A stretch of 64,000 nucleotides of DNA from an uncultured delta proteobacterium. GTDB lineage: Bacteria > Myxococcota_A > Polyangia > Polyangiales > Polyangiaceae. Both the position numbers and the translations under genes were made by a program. A model generated the notes under the pieces. That model did no database searches. It saw only the letters and a program-made list of their open reading frames with translations, and was not told where the DNA came from. Below are positions 61,651 to 64,000 of the stretch, piece after piece; position 1 is the stretch's first letter; the number at the start of each line of letters is the position of its first letter. Location of the stretch: assembly GCA_963841435.1 (NCBI GenBank), contig CAWJCS010000005.1, forward strand, positions 1,056,001 to 1,120,000, written 5' to 3'.

Positions 61651-62079
61651 CTAGAACGATCCCGCTGCGACCTGCGAGCGGAGCGCCGACCGATGCAGCG
61701 CTGTGAGCCGCTCGAAGCTCGCCAGGAACTCGCGCACGTTCGCCGTCTTCTGCACGGCACCGAGCGCTCCGGTCTTGGCGACCAAGAAGTCGAGCGCGCT
61801 GCTGTCGATGCTGGAGTGCAGAATCACCGCGGCGCCCAGCGTTCGTTCGTGCCGGCGCATGAGCTGGGCGAGCTCGCCGCCCGACAGCGCGGGCATCTGC
61901 ACGTCGAGCAAGACGAAGTCGGGTCTGACGGCAGCGACGTACTCGGTCGTGCCGAGCGCCTCCTCCCGCGTGTGCACTTCGTAGCCAGCGTCGGTCAGGC
62001 AGTCCTCGATGACGGCGAGCACCACGGGGTCGTCGTCGACGACAAGCACCTTCCCCCGGGAGTCACTTTGCTTTTCCAC
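61651..62079 (-). CDS. single-domain response regulator
   Basis: VLVVDDD, LDVQMP..G, LHSS, VQK; AGGA RBS + GTG. Confidence 0.88.
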   Translation of the reverse strand: MEKQSDSRGKVLVVDDDPVVLAVIEDCLTDAGYEVHTREEALGTTEYVAAVRPDFVLLDVQMPALSGGELAQLMRRHERTLGAAVILHSSIDSSALDFLVAKTGALGAVQKTANVREFLASFERLTALHRSALRSQVAAGSF

Positions 62080-62171
62080 GTTGCTTCCTACGAGAACACA
62101 GCCGTTTAGCACGGCAGATGAAACGTGGTACTTAAGCCCCGGGCTGGGTGGGACGTTCCTTTTCGAGGCTA

Positions 62172-63659
62172 GTGCCCAAACTCCGCACCTCCGCTTTGCT
62201 GCTCGTCCTCGGGTTAGCGCTGCCCGCGCGTGCCCAGACCCCGGGCGCGCCACACCCCGGGACCGACGGCTCGACGCCTCCCACTGAGGATTCCGCCCCG
62301 AGCGCATCCCCCGTGGCCGGCTCGCCCGCTCCCGGCGTGGCTCCGGCATCCGATCGGACACCGCCTGATTCGCCCGCCGCCACCTCGATGACCACCGAGG
62401 ACAGCGAGGCGCGAGCGCGTACCGAGGCGCTGCGAAAGGAGGTCGAGCTGCTCCGGGCGCGCGTCGACGAGCTCGCCCTCTCGGGCGCCGAGAGCGAGAC
62501 GTTCGAGAAGCGACTCGAGCTCTACGGTTTCATGGACATGGGTGCGCAGCGCGTTTGGTCGGGCGCACGGGCCGCGACGACGGCGACGGGGTCTCCCCGC
62601 GCGCTCACGTTCGTGCTCGGCAATCTGAACTTCTACATCGACGCCATGCCGACGGCGGGTTGGCGCGCGCTCACGGAAGTGCGCATCACCAATTACCCGG
62701 ACGGTGCGCTCTACCACCCGGCAGTGCCCGCGCTCGGAGTTGACGAGGATCGCGGGGACACCAGGGTGTTCGACGTGACGGCGCCGGACCCCGGCTGGAA
62801 CGAGGTGCGCTGGGGCTCGATCGTTCTCGAGCAAGCGTGGATCCAGGGCACGGCGAGCGATCTCCTGAGTGTGCGTCTCGGCTACTTCCTCACGCCGTTC
62901 GGCATCTGGAGCATCGACCACGGTACGCCGACGCTGATCGCGCTCAATCGGCCGCAGTTCACGCGGGGCCGCTTCTACCCCGACCACCAGCTCGGCTTGC
63001 AGATCCTCGGCCAAAGCAGCGTGGACGCGTGGACGCTCGCCTACGTGGGCTACGTTTCCAACGGCAAGACCAAGGGCCAGCTCGACATGACCGACGACAA
63101 GTCGTTCGGCGGGCGCGTCAGCCTTTCGACGACGCGGCCCGTGCGGCTCTCGCTCGGCCTCTCCGGCTACGGCGGGCGCTACGGCGAGGTCACGACGAGC
63201 TCCCTCCCGACCGATCCGCTCGGCGTCGCGACCAAGGAGACCATCGCCTACCACCAGTGGGACGGTGGGCTCGACGTGTCGCTCGACATCGATGAGTTTC
63301 GCATGCGCATGGAGGCCGCGATCGATCGCGTGGAGTACGTGCCCGGTAAGCGCGAACAGGTCTACAACCTTCCGAACGTGTTGTGGCCGGATCGCACGAA
63401 TTTCGGGGTCTACTTGTTGGCGGCCTACCAGCTGCCCTGGCTCGGCCTCGAACCGTACGCCTCGGGCGCGCTGTTCCGCTTTCCGACGCCGCTGTCGGAA
63501 GCGGCCGTCATCCCTAGCGTGGGGCTCAACATCCACCTGAGCACCGAAGTGCAGGTGAAGACCGAGTTCGCGAGTGCCCACTTCTTCGACTTCGACGGGA
63601 CGAACCACTCCCAGCACGACACCTCCACGCTGGCGGCTCGTCTGGTCTTGGCGTTCTGA
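62172..63659 (+). CDS. outer-membrane porin-like beta-barrel with N-terminal coiled coil
   Basis: Signal peptide, Pro-rich linker, coiled coil, LELYGFMD, GYFLTPFG.W..DH, terminal Phe. Confidence 0.78.
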   Translation: MPKLRTSALLLVLGLALPARAQTPGAPHPGTDGSTPPTEDSAPSASPVAGSPAPGVAPASDRTPPDSPAATSMTTEDSEARARTEALRKEVELLRARVDELALSGAESETFEKRLELYGFMDMGAQRVWSGARAATTATGSPRALTFVLGNLNFYIDAMPTAGWRALTEVRITNYPDGALYHPAVPALGVDEDRGDTRVFDVTAPDPGWNEVRWGSIVLEQAWIQGTASDLLSVRLGYFLTPFGIWSIDHGTPTLIALNRPQFTRGRFYPDHQLGLQILGQSSVDAWTLAYVGYVSNGKTKGQLDMTDDKSFGGRVSLSTTRPVRLSLGLSGYGGRYGEVTTSSLPTDPLGVATKETIAYHQWDGGLDVSLDIDEFRMRMEAAIDRVEYVPGKREQVYNLPNVLWPDRTNFGVYLLAAYQLPWLGLEPYASGALFRFPTPLSEAAVIPSVGLNIHLSTEVQVKTEFASAHFFDFDGTNHSQHDTSTLAARLVLAF

Positions 63660-63664
63660 GGCAA

Positions 63665-64000
63665 ATGACGAGCGGGCGTCGCGAGCTCTTGGTCTGGCTA
63701 GGCAGCCTGGCCTTTTCGGCGGTGGCGAAGGCCGCCACCCGGGACCTCGTCGTGGTCGTCCACCCGCGCGCGCCGACCGGCGATCTGTCCGACGTCGAGC
63801 TCGAAGGGATCTTTTTGACGCTGAGGCGCTTCTGGCGGGGCTCGCAAACCATCATTCCCTTCAATCTCGCGCCCCGCAGCGAGCCACGCGTGACGTTCGA
63901 CCAGGTGGTCCTGCAGATGGACGCCGACGAGGTCGCCCGCTACTGGCTCGATCGTCGTGTGCGCGGCGGCCCGCCACCCCCGCGTCAGGCACCCGATCCC
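63665..64000 (+). CDS. periplasmic PBP/PstS-like small protein (3' end outside window)
   Basis: Read manually: signal peptide, LVVVVHP...LS..EL..IFL...W...R..F...L......YW....G...PP. Confidence 0.7.
   Translation, partial: MTSGRRELLVWLGSLAFSAVAKAATRDLVVVVHPRAPTGDLSDVELEGIFLTLRRFWRGSQTIIPFNLAPRSEPRVTFDQVVLQMDADEVARYWLDRRVRGGPPPPRQAPDP

Overview
High-GC bacterial chromosomal window, most likely Myxococcota (Polyangiaceae-like). The assignment is inferred from a MYXO-CTERM-type C-terminus, an AgmX/PglI-type TonB-C protein, many Gly/Ala/Ser-linker Cys-rich lipoproteins and several sigma54 promoters. Housekeeping genes (argG, argS, miaA, mutL, rpmA, rplU, tRNA-Arg(ACG)) are interleaved with a sigma54-linked stress cluster, a Zn/Mn uptake operon, two-component genes and secreted hydrolases. 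At least seven genes, including argS, carry single-base frameshifts, so indel sequencing errors are likely and several long ORFs in the track are artefacts. Best leads: (1) an orphan three-gene operon (19144-21204) resembling a type III secretion tip plus two translocators (SctA-SctE-SctB), with no injectisome or chaperone in the window; (2) a candidate ~180-nt sigma54-driven CU-rich sRNA with its own terminator beside tRNA-Arg; (3) a 143-146 bp tandem array starting in the tRNA T-loop and repeating the tRNA 3' end; (4) a lipoprotein cassette flanked by an exact 85-bp duplication of a glycosyltransferase 3' end; (5) a His-rich DUF2946-like uORF candidate heading the metal-uptake operon. All family assignments come from motif recognition by eye; no database search was run.
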